Shown in pieces: positions 1-8,405 of a stretch of 32,000 bases of DNA. Within the stretch, counting starts at the first letter, position 1. Every line of letters starts with the position of its first letter. Origin of the DNA: Sinorhizobium meliloti (GTDB lineage: Bacteria; Pseudomonadota; Alphaproteobacteria; Rhizobiales; Rhizobiaceae); contig NZ_JAGIOS010000002.1 of NCBI RefSeq assembly GCF_017876815.1, positions 1,440,001 to 1,472,000 on the forward strand, in the 5' to 3' direction. Below the pieces are notes generated by a model that was not told where the DNA came from, did no database searches, and was given only the letters and a program-made list of their open reading frames with translations. A program made the translations under genes and the position numbers.

Positions 1-530
1 TGGAAGTTCAGAACATCAACTCCGGCTCCACCGTCGTAAGTGTCATCACCGCCGCCACCGGTAACAAGATCGTTGCCGTCATTGCCATTCAGGACATCGT
101 TTCCAAGGTGGCCTACAATTTCATCGTCGCCGGCAGACCCGTTGAATGTATCATCGCCACTCAGGAGCCAGCTTTCAAGTCCAGACTTGTCGAATCCATC
201 GGCAGCGTCTTGGAATAGTTCAAGTGATAGGTCCAGGCCGGTTATAGTCTGCACCAAGGCCGTTCCGTTGTTCAGAAGGACCTCGATCGATGTCACTGTC
301 CCGCCGACGGCGTCTCCGTTCGCGTCGAAACTGAACCCCGTGCCGACCAATTTCAGTTTGAGGCCGTTGTCCAGGCGATAAAGCACGTCCGTGCTGGTGG
401 TCGTGGAGCGGCTTGCCTTGCTCATGTCCACAAGTTCAGCGAAGGAGGGGTTGACGCTTATGCCGGTGAGGGGTGGGTTGTACTGGTTAGGATAGAGTCC
501 TGCTGGGAAATGATACGTAATCGTCGCCAT
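1..530 (-). CDS. RTX-type (hemolysin-type) calcium-binding repeat protein, N-terminal part; 3' end lies beyond the window edge
   Basis: Absent from the ORF track because it runs off the window. Reverse-strand ATG at 530-528 is preceded by GGAGGAAAGC. The translation [23 protein letters not shown]... ends in consecutive GGxGxD-type nonapeptides ([27 protein letters not shown]). Confidence 0.75.
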   Translation of the reverse strand, partial: MATITYHFPAGLYPNQYNPPLTGISVNPSFAELVDMSKASRSTTTSTDVLYRLDNGLKLKLVGTGFSFDANGDAVGGTVTSIEVLLNNGTALVQTITGLDLSLELFQDAADGFDKSGLESWLLSGDDTFNGSAGDDEIVGHLGNDVLNGNDGNDLVTGGGGDDTYDGGAGVDVLNF

Positions 531-1545
531 GCTTTCCTCCAGGGGCCGGGAGCTTCCGGCTAAAAATGAATATTAGAATGAATAAAAAAAGGATGCACTT
601 ACGGGCAATTATAGGTTGCCATAAATACCAGACGACAGTTCTGCTGTCACATAGCCTATTTGGGTAAGGGTTAGTCGATTGCCGCTGATGTGTCCGCGAG
701 ATTTAGCGTCAGCCTGCCTCGAGCTATCCCACTTACGCTTTCAGTCAACGGTGCGATGACCACCTTCTGCCGAGCTAGTCCAGGGGCCTTAAGGCCACTG
801 TGATCGGCTTCGCCGGAAATACCCACCGACCTCCGTGGCCTAGCAACCGTTTCCTTTTGGAGTGTCCGATCACGTATTTTCGTCGGTGAATGCATTGTCG
901 CGAAAAAGCTTGGAGAGGACCCTGAACGCCTTCAGGCGATCGTCAGCAACGACGACAATCTCTCCTACTGCAGTATCATCAGCGTCTACGATGGCACAGA
1001 CGAGGCACTCACCGCTCTCACTGACGATGGGGTTGACGAGCTGAGACAAATGCTCGCCCATGCTCGCCGCACCGCTGACGAATGGAACGACTTCCTCGAA
1101 GCCTTCGTCGATGACGAAGAGCTCATCGCGCGCATCAAAGCGAAATCTCCGCGGTAACAACCGGGCGGTTACAGTCGACCTGACCGGAGCCTGACAGAGA
1201 AATAGCGAAAGCAAAATTCAGCGAAGAGGTGACGACCGTCATCGTGTAATGCCTCGCCTGCTTCGACCCGGCTTCGATCGTCGTCGATGCGGTCACGAAG
1301 GATACAGCGGACGATCACGCACCAGTCTGTAGAAGGCTACCATCCGACGAAGAAGGCCGGCAGCAACCCGTCAGCGAAGCGGAAGGTGCTGCTCGAAGAC
1401 CCGCAAGACCTTCCTCGAGGATACGGCGACCATCGCCATCAGCGACCGGGCGGTCCGGCTGCGCGCTCTCCAACGCAAGGCAGAGAACCGAGCAAGGTGC
1501 CGCGGCGTCATTGCTTGAGCATGCCGGCAATGAAGGAGGAGACAG

Positions 1546-3432
1546 CTACACACACAGGTTTATGTTCATGGACACGGGATGGGGTTCGTACTTCGATATG
1601 GCGCAGACGAAATCCACTGACCCGTTGCCATTCGTTCCCGCGAGGTCGAAGCCAAGCCGCGGATAGAAATCCGACACCATTGCGTTGCGCTCTGTTGGTA
1701 TATAGCGCCCGCGAATGCTGACCACACCGGCTGACACCGCCTGCTCGATCAGGCTGTTCATTAAGCCCTGTTCAACGCCCCGCTCAAGGACGCGGCACGA
1801 TTGCAGCCAGGTGTCGATCTCCCATTCGGAACCCTTCTTGAGGACAATGACGACTCCGATCGTCCCGTGCTGTGCAAACTTATCGTCGAGCCTTATCTGC
1901 CAACCGATAAAGTTTGGGTCTCCCTGCATGCGCCGAACGTCTTCCTCGTTGTAGCGGCGGGTGGTCAGGTTGAACTGGTTGGACTTGTTGATGAGTTGAA
2001 CGATGCGCGGACGGCCTACCTCGTCGAAGGGTGAGATGGTCATCCGCATGTCTAGGGACTTCAGATACTCCTCATAATTGCCTACCCGCGCGCGGATCTC
2101 CGCAACTGCCGCACGCCCCCCGTAGCTGTTTGCCCGCGCCAGATCGTCGCAGTTCAGCGGCAGATGGTCGAAAAGACCTGAACCCGCGACGCGATCGATG
2201 AAGAAGGACGGATCCTCGCCTACCTCAATTGTGGAAACGAGCGGAAGCTCCCGTCGGACGCGTTCGCGTTCGGCAGGATTGTCGTCAACATAGGCAAGTG
2301 ACTCAAGACCGAGACCGAGTTTTTCGGCGATCGCACGAATATTAGTGGCCTTGTCGTCCCAATTGGCCTGAAACACGGCGATGTGCTCTTCTTTTAATAG
2401 CATATCAGGGTGCCGCCGGAACGGCTCACGCGCAACGGCATCGGTGTTTTTCGAACAGACGGCGAGGACTACTCCGCGTTTCCGGAGCCCCAGGACGAAG
2501 TTTTGAAACGCGACGAAGGCCTCTCCCTCTGCCGAATTCTGGCCGATCCGGATACCGGCGAGACCGTCGTCGCCAATGACGCCGCCCCAAAGCGTATTGT
2601 CGAGGTCGAGCACGAGGGCGCGGGCGCTCTTGCCGGTCATGGCAGCGAGAAGAGAAGCAATGTTGTCCGCCGCCAGTGGGCAGAGTTCAACGTTGAAGGG
2701 CACCTTCGCCGAATGATAGGCGATCGGGTCGAACCAGCGCTCAATACCGATCCGTGAAGCAAGGGCGGCTTGATCCCACATCAGCCACCGCCCCTCTGCA
2801 GCGCCATCGCCAAGCATCATGTTGACCCGCAGCCGGAACCGGGCGATCGAACCCGGCGTTGCGATGTCTGCGGAGGTCAGTTGTATGCACGGCGGCAGCG
2901 TCGCAATGATTGCCGGGCATCCGGTTTTCGATCGCGCCGCCTCGGCGATGGCGGAAGCGATCCTTTCGGCCTCCTGCACAGCCTCGTCCTCGGCAGCCCT
3001 GTCCAGCAGTGGCCGTTCCCCTTGGAGGGTGCTCTCATCCAGAACGGCAAGCACGGCATCGAGTCCCCGCTCGAAACAATTTTTGGCGGAGAATGCGAAG
3101 CCAGCTACCCCGTCGTATGGCGCTTCATGCGCCGAGACGAGGAGACCACGCGCCAAACCTGCCGCACCCAAGGGATCGCAGAGATAGCTCAGCGTCCGGT
3201 TTCCGAGGAGGCCGAGTTCGATGCGGGTGAAGCCGTTTCCCTTAATTTTTCCCAGCCGCTTGCCGAGGCGCTCGATCCTGAGCTGTTGGCGTGGGCCCAA
3301 CTGCTGGTTGGCCACCGATCTGGTGGCGGCGTAGTCGGGCATTTCGCCGCCGGCGGCAATTGCCTCGAGCTCGGCCACGCGTGCGGCCCAGTTCTCCTCA
3401 AGCGGCGGTCTCCACGGAAAGAACGTGTTCAT
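1546..3432 (-). CDS. HAD-superfamily subfamily IIIC / FkbH-like domain protein (putative carrier-protein loading enzyme)
   Basis: 628-aa ORF with ATG preceded by GGGGAGG. HAD motifs are present: LVLDLDNTLWGG (DxDxT), VCSKN, YVDDNPAE. The C-terminal part has a GNAT-like region containing WLQSCRVLERGVE, as in FkbH-like proteins. Confidence 0.9.
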   Translation of the reverse strand: MNTFFPWRPPLEENWAARVAELEAIAAGGEMPDYAATRSVANQQLGPRQQLRIERLGKRLGKIKGNGFTRIELGLLGNRTLSYLCDPLGAAGLARGLLVSAHEAPYDGVAGFAFSAKNCFERGLDAVLAVLDESTLQGERPLLDRAAEDEAVQEAERIASAIAEAARSKTGCPAIIATLPPCIQLTSADIATPGSIARFRLRVNMMLGDGAAEGRWLMWDQAALASRIGIERWFDPIAYHSAKVPFNVELCPLAADNIASLLAAMTGKSARALVLDLDNTLWGGVIGDDGLAGIRIGQNSAEGEAFVAFQNFVLGLRKRGVVLAVCSKNTDAVAREPFRRHPDMLLKEEHIAVFQANWDDKATNIRAIAEKLGLGLESLAYVDDNPAERERVRRELPLVSTIEVGEDPSFFIDRVAGSGLFDHLPLNCDDLARANSYGGRAAVAEIRARVGNYEEYLKSLDMRMTISPFDEVGRPRIVQLINKSNQFNLTTRRYNEEDVRRMQGDPNFIGWQIRLDDKFAQHGTIGVVIVLKKGSEWEIDTWLQSCRVLERGVEQGLMNSLIEQAVSAGVVSIRGRYIPTERNAMVSDFYPRLGFDLAGTNGNGSVDFVCAISKYEPHPVSMNINLCV

Positions 3433-3470
3433 AAAGCCGTGCCTCCCCGCGCCGGGGCGTTGATGATCGA

Positions 3471-3719
3471 TCAGTTCTGCTTGCGCTTGACCACGGCATC
3501 GATAAGGCTGCCGAGGTTCTTGAAACCTTGCACCTCAGCCGTGCTGAAGCGGACTGCGAGCTCCTGCTCGATCAGAACCATCAGTCTGACATTGGACAGG
3601 CTGTCCCATTGCGGAACGTCGCGGGCCGTCGTCTCCAGGGTGATCGGGCCGTCGTATTCATCGAACAGCTCACGGATCACGTCTGCGACTTGGGATAGAT
3701 AAAGTTGATGGTCAGACAT
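3471..3719 (-). CDS. acyl carrier protein (phosphopantetheine-binding)
   Basis: 82 aa and acidic, with the phosphopantetheine attachment motif QWDSLSNVRL. It lies 38 nt upstream of the FkbH-like gene on the same strand. Confidence 0.85.
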   Translation of the reverse strand: MSDHQLYLSQVADVIRELFDEYDGPITLETTARDVPQWDSLSNVRLMVLIEQELAVRFSTAEVQGFKNLGSLIDAVVKRKQN

Positions 3720-3780
3720 TTGTTCAACCTTGGTTTGGCGGCAGTTTTCAGGCCGTCGACAGCGCTTTGCGGTGCGCGAT

Positions 3781-5010
3781 TCAATTCCTTGCAGTTCGTT
3801 CGAGATAACTGTTTCGAAGCCGATAACTCTTCACCTCGGTCCGGATACGGCGCTCATAGGCCTCGACGTCTGCCGCCGTCAGCCTGTTTTCGCCCGTCGA
3901 AAGTGACGTAAGTGTTCGCCTGAGTAGCCCCGGGTTATAGACGTGCCCAGGATCACGAAAGTTGCCGAGGTCACCGGCAATCCTGGGGTCATCATCCCAT
4001 GCAAACACGCGCACATTGCGCAGGGTGTCTATCGATTGGACAAAGCATCGCCGCGACAGCAGAACCTCGTCCAGCAACGTCGCGCTTATGTCGCTCATGC
4101 GAAAATAGTAATTGGCGTAGGAGAGGATGGGTATGATGACGTCGACCTGCACGCCCTTCTCGACGAATTTCCGAATCCTCGGCACGAGCTGCTCATTCAC
4201 GGCACTGAAGCTCGCACATGTCCTGCCGCTCGGGGCGTCAACGACTGACCGATACTCTTCGATCACGGCCTGCAGTTCAGCCATTTGGGCGGGCATCTGA
4301 AAGGAGCGGTATTGCCTCTCCGTGAACTTGGCGTACCCTTCGTCGTCTTGCGCTTCGTAGCTCGTCTCCCCCAACAGGACCTTCCATGTTCGCCGCAATG
4401 ATTTCAGGTCGACCATTCGGATGTCGTCGCTGATTTCCTCGTCATAGAGATACTCTGGAAAGCCCTGGCGCATCTTTTCTGGGTCGAGAATGTACATCCA
4501 GTCAAACGTGATGATGATCCGCTTGGCTTGCGCGTTGATGGCGAGTTGATCGAGAACGATGTCGCGGTCCATCGGTCGGGGCCCGCCATAGCTGAGATTG
4601 TAGGCTACGACACTTCCGCCCAGCGCTGCGGATATGTCATCGGGGGAATACATGGCCGTGGTCGAGCCGCCGACAAGAAACGTGTTGATTCCCGATTGCT
4701 TCGAGACGACGTCTACCCACCGCACGACGACATCGCGCGGGACGTCATTGCGCGTCAGTTTGAGCCTCGCTCCCCAGCGGTAGATGTCGTATGGATCCGT
4801 CGCAATGACGATCGTCACGATCGAAAGATACCCCAGCCAGACAAGGCAAAAGGTCACGATCATTGGAAGGGCGGCGCGCCAGCGTGGCGAGAAGCTCGGC
4901 TTCTTACGGAGCGTACCCCTCCGGCCATGCACATGCTCCGCTCCCATCCATCGACCTGCGGCCGACGGTAAATGTGGATTTGTCGACGCGACAAGCATCT
5001 TTCCGACCAT
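3781..5010 (-). CDS. membrane-anchored hypothetical protein, possible DltD/SGNH-like partner of the MBOAT
   Basis: 409-aa ORF starting 3 nt after the MBOAT stop. It has a basic stretch followed by one TM helix (AALPMIVTFCLVWLGYLSIVTIVIA). A Ser motif (FLVGGSTTAM) lies early and DPGH (a D-x-x-H motif) lies near the C-terminus. The exact start is uncertain (M1, M5 or M22 of the ORF). Confidence 0.6.
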   Translation of the reverse strand: MVGKMLVASTNPHLPSAAGRWMGAEHVHGRRGTLRKKPSFSPRWRAALPMIVTFCLVWLGYLSIVTIVIATDPYDIYRWGARLKLTRNDVPRDVVVRWVDVVSKQSGINTFLVGGSTTAMYSPDDISAALGGSVVAYNLSYGGPRPMDRDIVLDQLAINAQAKRIIITFDWMYILDPEKMRQGFPEYLYDEEISDDIRMVDLKSLRRTWKVLLGETSYEAQDDEGYAKFTERQYRSFQMPAQMAELQAVIEEYRSVVDAPSGRTCASFSAVNEQLVPRIRKFVEKGVQVDVIIPILSYANYYFRMSDISATLLDEVLLSRRCFVQSIDTLRNVRVFAWDDDPRIAGDLGNFRDPGHVYNPGLLRRTLTSLSTGENRLTAADVEAYERRIRTEVKSYRLRNSYLERTARN

Positions 5011-5013
5011 GGC

Positions 5014-6582
5014 TTAAAATCCCTGATAGAGGAAAGGCGGCTGCCGCGAGACATAGTGCAGCGACGAGATGGTGAGGATAGCGGCAAAAGCAGCCCAGCC
5101 CCAGGAAGGTCGCCAGATGCTGCGCAGGAACGCGAAGCCGTAGCTCTCGTTTTCATAGGTCATCATGGCCGGCCGATAACGGCGCATCAGCTCCACGGCA
5201 TTTGGCATTAGATAGATGATTGAAAATGCACAGAACAGCATGAGCACGGGTTCACGCATTTCGAAGGCCGATGGGGCATCGAGTGATGCGCCGAACATCT
5301 GCGCATAAAGATGAAACGCGGCGCCGACGCTTTCGGAGCGGAACATCGCCAGGCTGAGGCAGATCAGCATAAAAAATATTGCCCGCTCCACGAGCAATCG
5401 GAAGAACGGCGATGTAGACTTGCACATGCGCTTGTATTTCTTGCTGCCCCTTATCTGCGCCTCGGCCGCAGACCAAACGCCTTGCATCAGGCCGAAGGCC
5501 ACGAAGGTCCAGGCGGCGCCATGCCATAGGCTGAGAACCTGAAAGTTGATTAGCATCGGCAGCCAGAGGCTGAGGACCTGTGTCGGCAGCGGCGAAAGCC
5601 GATGCACTGCGCAGTACCGCGTCCCCGCGATCGAAAGCGGCGTAAATAGGAAACGCGCGATCACGCGGGTCAGCGTCATGTTCCAGCGCCGGTAGTAATC
5701 GAGGATACCATTGGCTTTGAACGGCGAATAGAAGTTGAGCGGGTATCGCAGACCAAACATGCGCGCGAGGCCGAGCGCCATGTCGGAATAGCCTGAAAAA
5801 TCAAAATAGAGCTGCGCCATGTAGGAGAGAGCGCCGATCCAGGCATGTGCGGGATCCATCACCGCCCCGGCGCCGGCAGCGCCAAAGACAAGATCGACGG
5901 TTGGTGCAATATTGTCGGCGATGACGACCTTCTTGAACATGCCGATCGAGATGAAGGCGAGTCCCACGGCGATATTGAGCGGGTCGAAACTGATGAACTT
6001 CCTGGATTTTACCTGGGGATGGAATTCGTGCAGATAGGTAATTGGGCCGATGATCAACTGCGGAAAGAAGCTGACGAAAGCGCCATAACGGCAAAACGCC
6101 CAAAAACCGGACCTCAACGAACGAGTCCCTTCGAAAAATTCGACCACGCTCTTTTCGCGAACATAGGCATCCGCCAGAAAGGCCGCCTGATGGAACGTGT
6201 AGAATGAAATACCAGCCGGTATCGCCACGCCGGCAATATCGGTCAGGAAGTCATTATTGTCGCCAAGAAGAACTGTAACGATCTTGTATTTGAAGTAGCA
6301 CAGCGAGGCTATGTTGTATCCTTGGCCGCATCCATACAGCACTCTGCGGTATGGATTACTGTCGTCCATAGCAAGAAGCGCGTTGGATACCCCGAAATTG
6401 ACAAGCAGGGCGACCAGCAGCAGAAATACCGACGATATGCCGTAGGGAGCATAAAAGATAATTGACGCCGTAAAGATGACGAGTAGTGCCTCATTCCTGC
6501 CTCGCGTCAAAAGAGCAACATAAAACGCAATAAGTGTCACCGGCAGGAAGAGAAATAGGAAGAGTGGATCGATAAAGATCAT
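5014..6582 (-). CDS. MBOAT family O-acyltransferase (AlgI/DltB-like)
   Basis: Polytopic membrane protein with MBOAT motifs YYRRWNMTLTRVI and SLWHGAAW. I moved the start from the track value 6747 to the ATG at 6582 (MIFIDPLFLFLFLPV...). The upstream extension is non-membrane, covers an AT-rich intergenic stretch and contains a hairpin. Confidence 0.9.
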   Translation of the reverse strand: MIFIDPLFLFLFLPVTLIAFYVALLTRGRNEALLVIFTASIIFYAPYGISSVFLLLVALLVNFGVSNALLAMDDSNPYRRVLYGCGQGYNIASLCYFKYKIVTVLLGDNNDFLTDIAGVAIPAGISFYTFHQAAFLADAYVREKSVVEFFEGTRSLRSGFWAFCRYGAFVSFFPQLIIGPITYLHEFHPQVKSRKFISFDPLNIAVGLAFISIGMFKKVVIADNIAPTVDLVFGAAGAGAVMDPAHAWIGALSYMAQLYFDFSGYSDMALGLARMFGLRYPLNFYSPFKANGILDYYRRWNMTLTRVIARFLFTPLSIAGTRYCAVHRLSPLPTQVLSLWLPMLINFQVLSLWHGAAWTFVAFGLMQGVWSAAEAQIRGSKKYKRMCKSTSPFFRLLVERAIFFMLICLSLAMFRSESVGAAFHLYAQMFGASLDAPSAFEMREPVLMLFCAFSIIYLMPNAVELMRRYRPAMMTYENESYGFAFLRSIWRPSWGWAAFAAILTISSLHYVSRQPPFLYQGF

Positions 6583-6719
6583 ATCAAACCCAACCAAAAT
6601 ATCAAATTTGGTCCGAAGCCACTTATCTGAGGCTACGAATCCTACATATGATTTAATTCGTCTGTGTCTTGCGCTACCAACGCAGCTCGCTACGGAGCCT
6701 GAATAGCAATAAATTTTCT

Positions 6720-6741
6720 GGCGGCCATATTTGAGGCCGCC
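6720..6741 (-). terminator. GC hairpin GGCGGCC-N8-GGCCGCC, weak candidate terminator between the VOC gene and the MBOAT cassette
   Basis: Perfect 7-bp inverted repeat. On the - strand it is followed by AGAAAATTTATT, an interrupted T tract. It sits in an AT-rich intergenic region about 220 nt downstream of the VOC gene stop. Confidence 0.3.
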
Positions 6742-6962
6742 GAACAATTAAGAGACAACTATAGGTTACGCACTGAACCACGAGGGTTTCGGCAGAGCCT
6801 TCTATCGCAGCTAAAATCAGGGGTAAAAAAGCACGCATTTAACGAGATGTAAATAGGACAGTAATGCCTTCGGCTATGTGACGGCGACTTAAATCAAAGT
6901 TCAAACCTATGGCGGCTTGACGAAAATGCGTCGGCACCGCTCTCCTGAAGCTGGTGGTCCTT

Positions 6963-7430
6963 TCACGCCCAGCCGTTGAGGGGTGCGAGCGGATCGCCTT
7001 CGGCGCCCTCCACGGTCGCTCTTGTCATGAGTTCGACAACCAGGCCTGCCCGAGTGACTACGAAAGCAAGACGCCTCTTGAAAACCGCGCCATAGCAGGG
7101 CGCAACCACTACCATTGCGCCATCTGCCTCGAGTTTCGCCACGTCGTCCTCCAGACTGTCTGAGAACAGGCAGACGTGATCGAGGCCGCCGCCCTTGGCC
7201 AGCCGACTCGCGACGGGATTCGGCCCGTCACGCAACGGAGCCACCAGTTCTATCGGAACGCTGTCGAGATAAATAAGGAGCGCGCAGGACACATTCTGGG
7301 TCGGATCAATTGCAGGCGGCACAACCAGCCTGGCTCCCTGCTGCGTCCACGTTTTCAGCGCACGATCCATGTTCGGCACGACGAACCCATAGTGAAACAC
7401 TTTACGCGGATCGAACGTGATCTCTGCCAT
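6963..7430 (-). CDS. VOC family protein (glyoxalase / methylmalonyl-CoA epimerase-like)
   Basis: 155 aa. FHYGFVVPNMDRAL...IELVAP...GGGLDHVCLFSD...VVELM matches the paired beta-alpha-beta-beta-beta VOC pattern, including the metal-ligand His/Glu positions. Confidence 0.8.
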   Translation of the reverse strand: MAEITFDPRKVFHYGFVVPNMDRALKTWTQQGARLVVPPAIDPTQNVSCALLIYLDSVPIELVAPLRDGPNPVASRLAKGGGLDHVCLFSDSLEDDVAKLEADGAMVVVAPCYGAVFKRRLAFVVTRAGLVVELMTRATVEGAEGDPLAPLNGWA

Positions 7431-7478
7431 AGCTGGAGGCCCTGCTTGGGGTTAATGGCGTAATTTTTGCACGAGACG

Positions 7479-8160
7479 TTAGCCGACCCGGCGCAGCTGC
7501 GCGAGCGATTTCTTGCGGAGACTCCGCAGCGCCTTCGAGAGCGGCAGGCTCTCCGTCACGAGCTCGCAAGGATGCGCCACTTCGGAAGTGTCGGACCTTG
7601 CCGGGCGAGCGCCGCCCGCGGCGGGTTCGGCTGGCGGTCGTTCGTCAAGCCCCTATCCGGAGTAGAAGGGACAGGCCCGGCGGTGGTAACCCCTGATGCC
7701 GCGCAGGAGCGCCTCGAAGCCCGCAAGCGAGGTGATCGTGTTGACGTGGTCGACGGTGCGCATCGGCGGGCGAGCACGTCGGGATGCGGCTTGTGGAGGA
7801 TCTGGGCATCCGCTTGCTCGCACGCGAGCCGCGCCAGGTCATTGTTGGTCATGCGGCTGAGACAGCCGTACCGGATTGAAACATGGTCCTCCACCTGGCC
7901 GACGACCAGGACCCGCTTGCGCGTCTTCTCGCCGGAACCTCCTCGGGCGTGCGCTGACGCGCGCCATTATGCTGCTGATGCCGCTTTCGGTGAGAAGCGC
8001 GATGCCGGCGCGCGCACGAGCCATCAGTGCCGGACCCTCTTCGTGGTCGTAGGTCTTCAGCAGCTCTTCGAGTCTGAGGGAATGTCGGCAATCGAAATAG
8101 AGCGCCCTGCGGTCGAGCGGCAGGGAGAGGGGAGGCGTGCGGCTGGTTCGCTCGATAAGT
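7479..8160 (-). pseudogene. KpsC/KpsS-family (capsule polysaccharide Kdo transferase) gene remnant
   Basis: Reading the - strand in shifting frames gives [67 protein letters not shown], and [24 protein letters not shown]-stop-GL(T)ND. These are the conserved Capsule_synth blocks. Several frameshifts are required, and the Trp codon of the GWGL block is TAG (7653-7655). Confidence 0.7.
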
Positions 8161-8405
8161 CAGCTAAGCGACTCCACCCGGGTTCTCGATTTCTTGGCTC
8201 CGCCACGTCGATCAGATCGGTGCCACGATTGGGACCTCCACTTCGATCACGGAGATGCAACCACCAATTGGTTCGGAGGCCATCACCTCTTATGGGTCAA
8301 CGTATGCGATCGGTGCTCCAGGAAGGACGGACAGTTGATTCCTCTTCGGGAAGGCGAGAACATCGATCGTGCCACTTTTGGCCGGAAGATTTGTGCGGCC
8401 ACATG

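Noticed and set aside
804-1214. Candidate small gene. The track lists a 114-aa reverse ORF (870-1214, TTG start), and the same triplets are open on the + strand (804-1157, ...DPERLQAIVSNDDNLSYCSIISVYDGTDEALTALTDDGVDELRQMLAHARRTADEWNDFLEAFVDDEELIARIKAKSPR).
   Set aside because: The + frame has the better third-position GC bias by eye but contains no ATG, GTG or TTG start before its last third. The - frame has no Shine-Dalgarno at either candidate start and no recognisable family. The strand cannot be decided from sequence alone, so I did not call a feature. It may be a gene remnant.
1215-1545. ORFs 1287-1721 (+), 1315-1530 (-) and 1371-1553 (-) between the previous region and the FkbH-like gene.
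   Set aside because: They are Arg/Pro/Ser-rich and mutually overlapping, with no RBS and no motifs. One runs into the FkbH-like gene on the opposite strand. I treat them as non-coding or decayed sequence.
2770-3702. 310-aa + strand ORF, plus several other + ORFs from 1715 to 3230.
   Set aside because: They are antisense to the well-supported FkbH-like and carrier-protein genes. Their composition is typical of shadow frames in high-GC DNA.
6583-6747. N-terminal 55-codon extension of the MBOAT ORF given in the track.
   Set aside because: The extension is hydrophilic and Cys/Arg-rich, lies in AT-rich intergenic DNA and spans a hairpin. The ATG at 6582 starts directly with the first TM helix.
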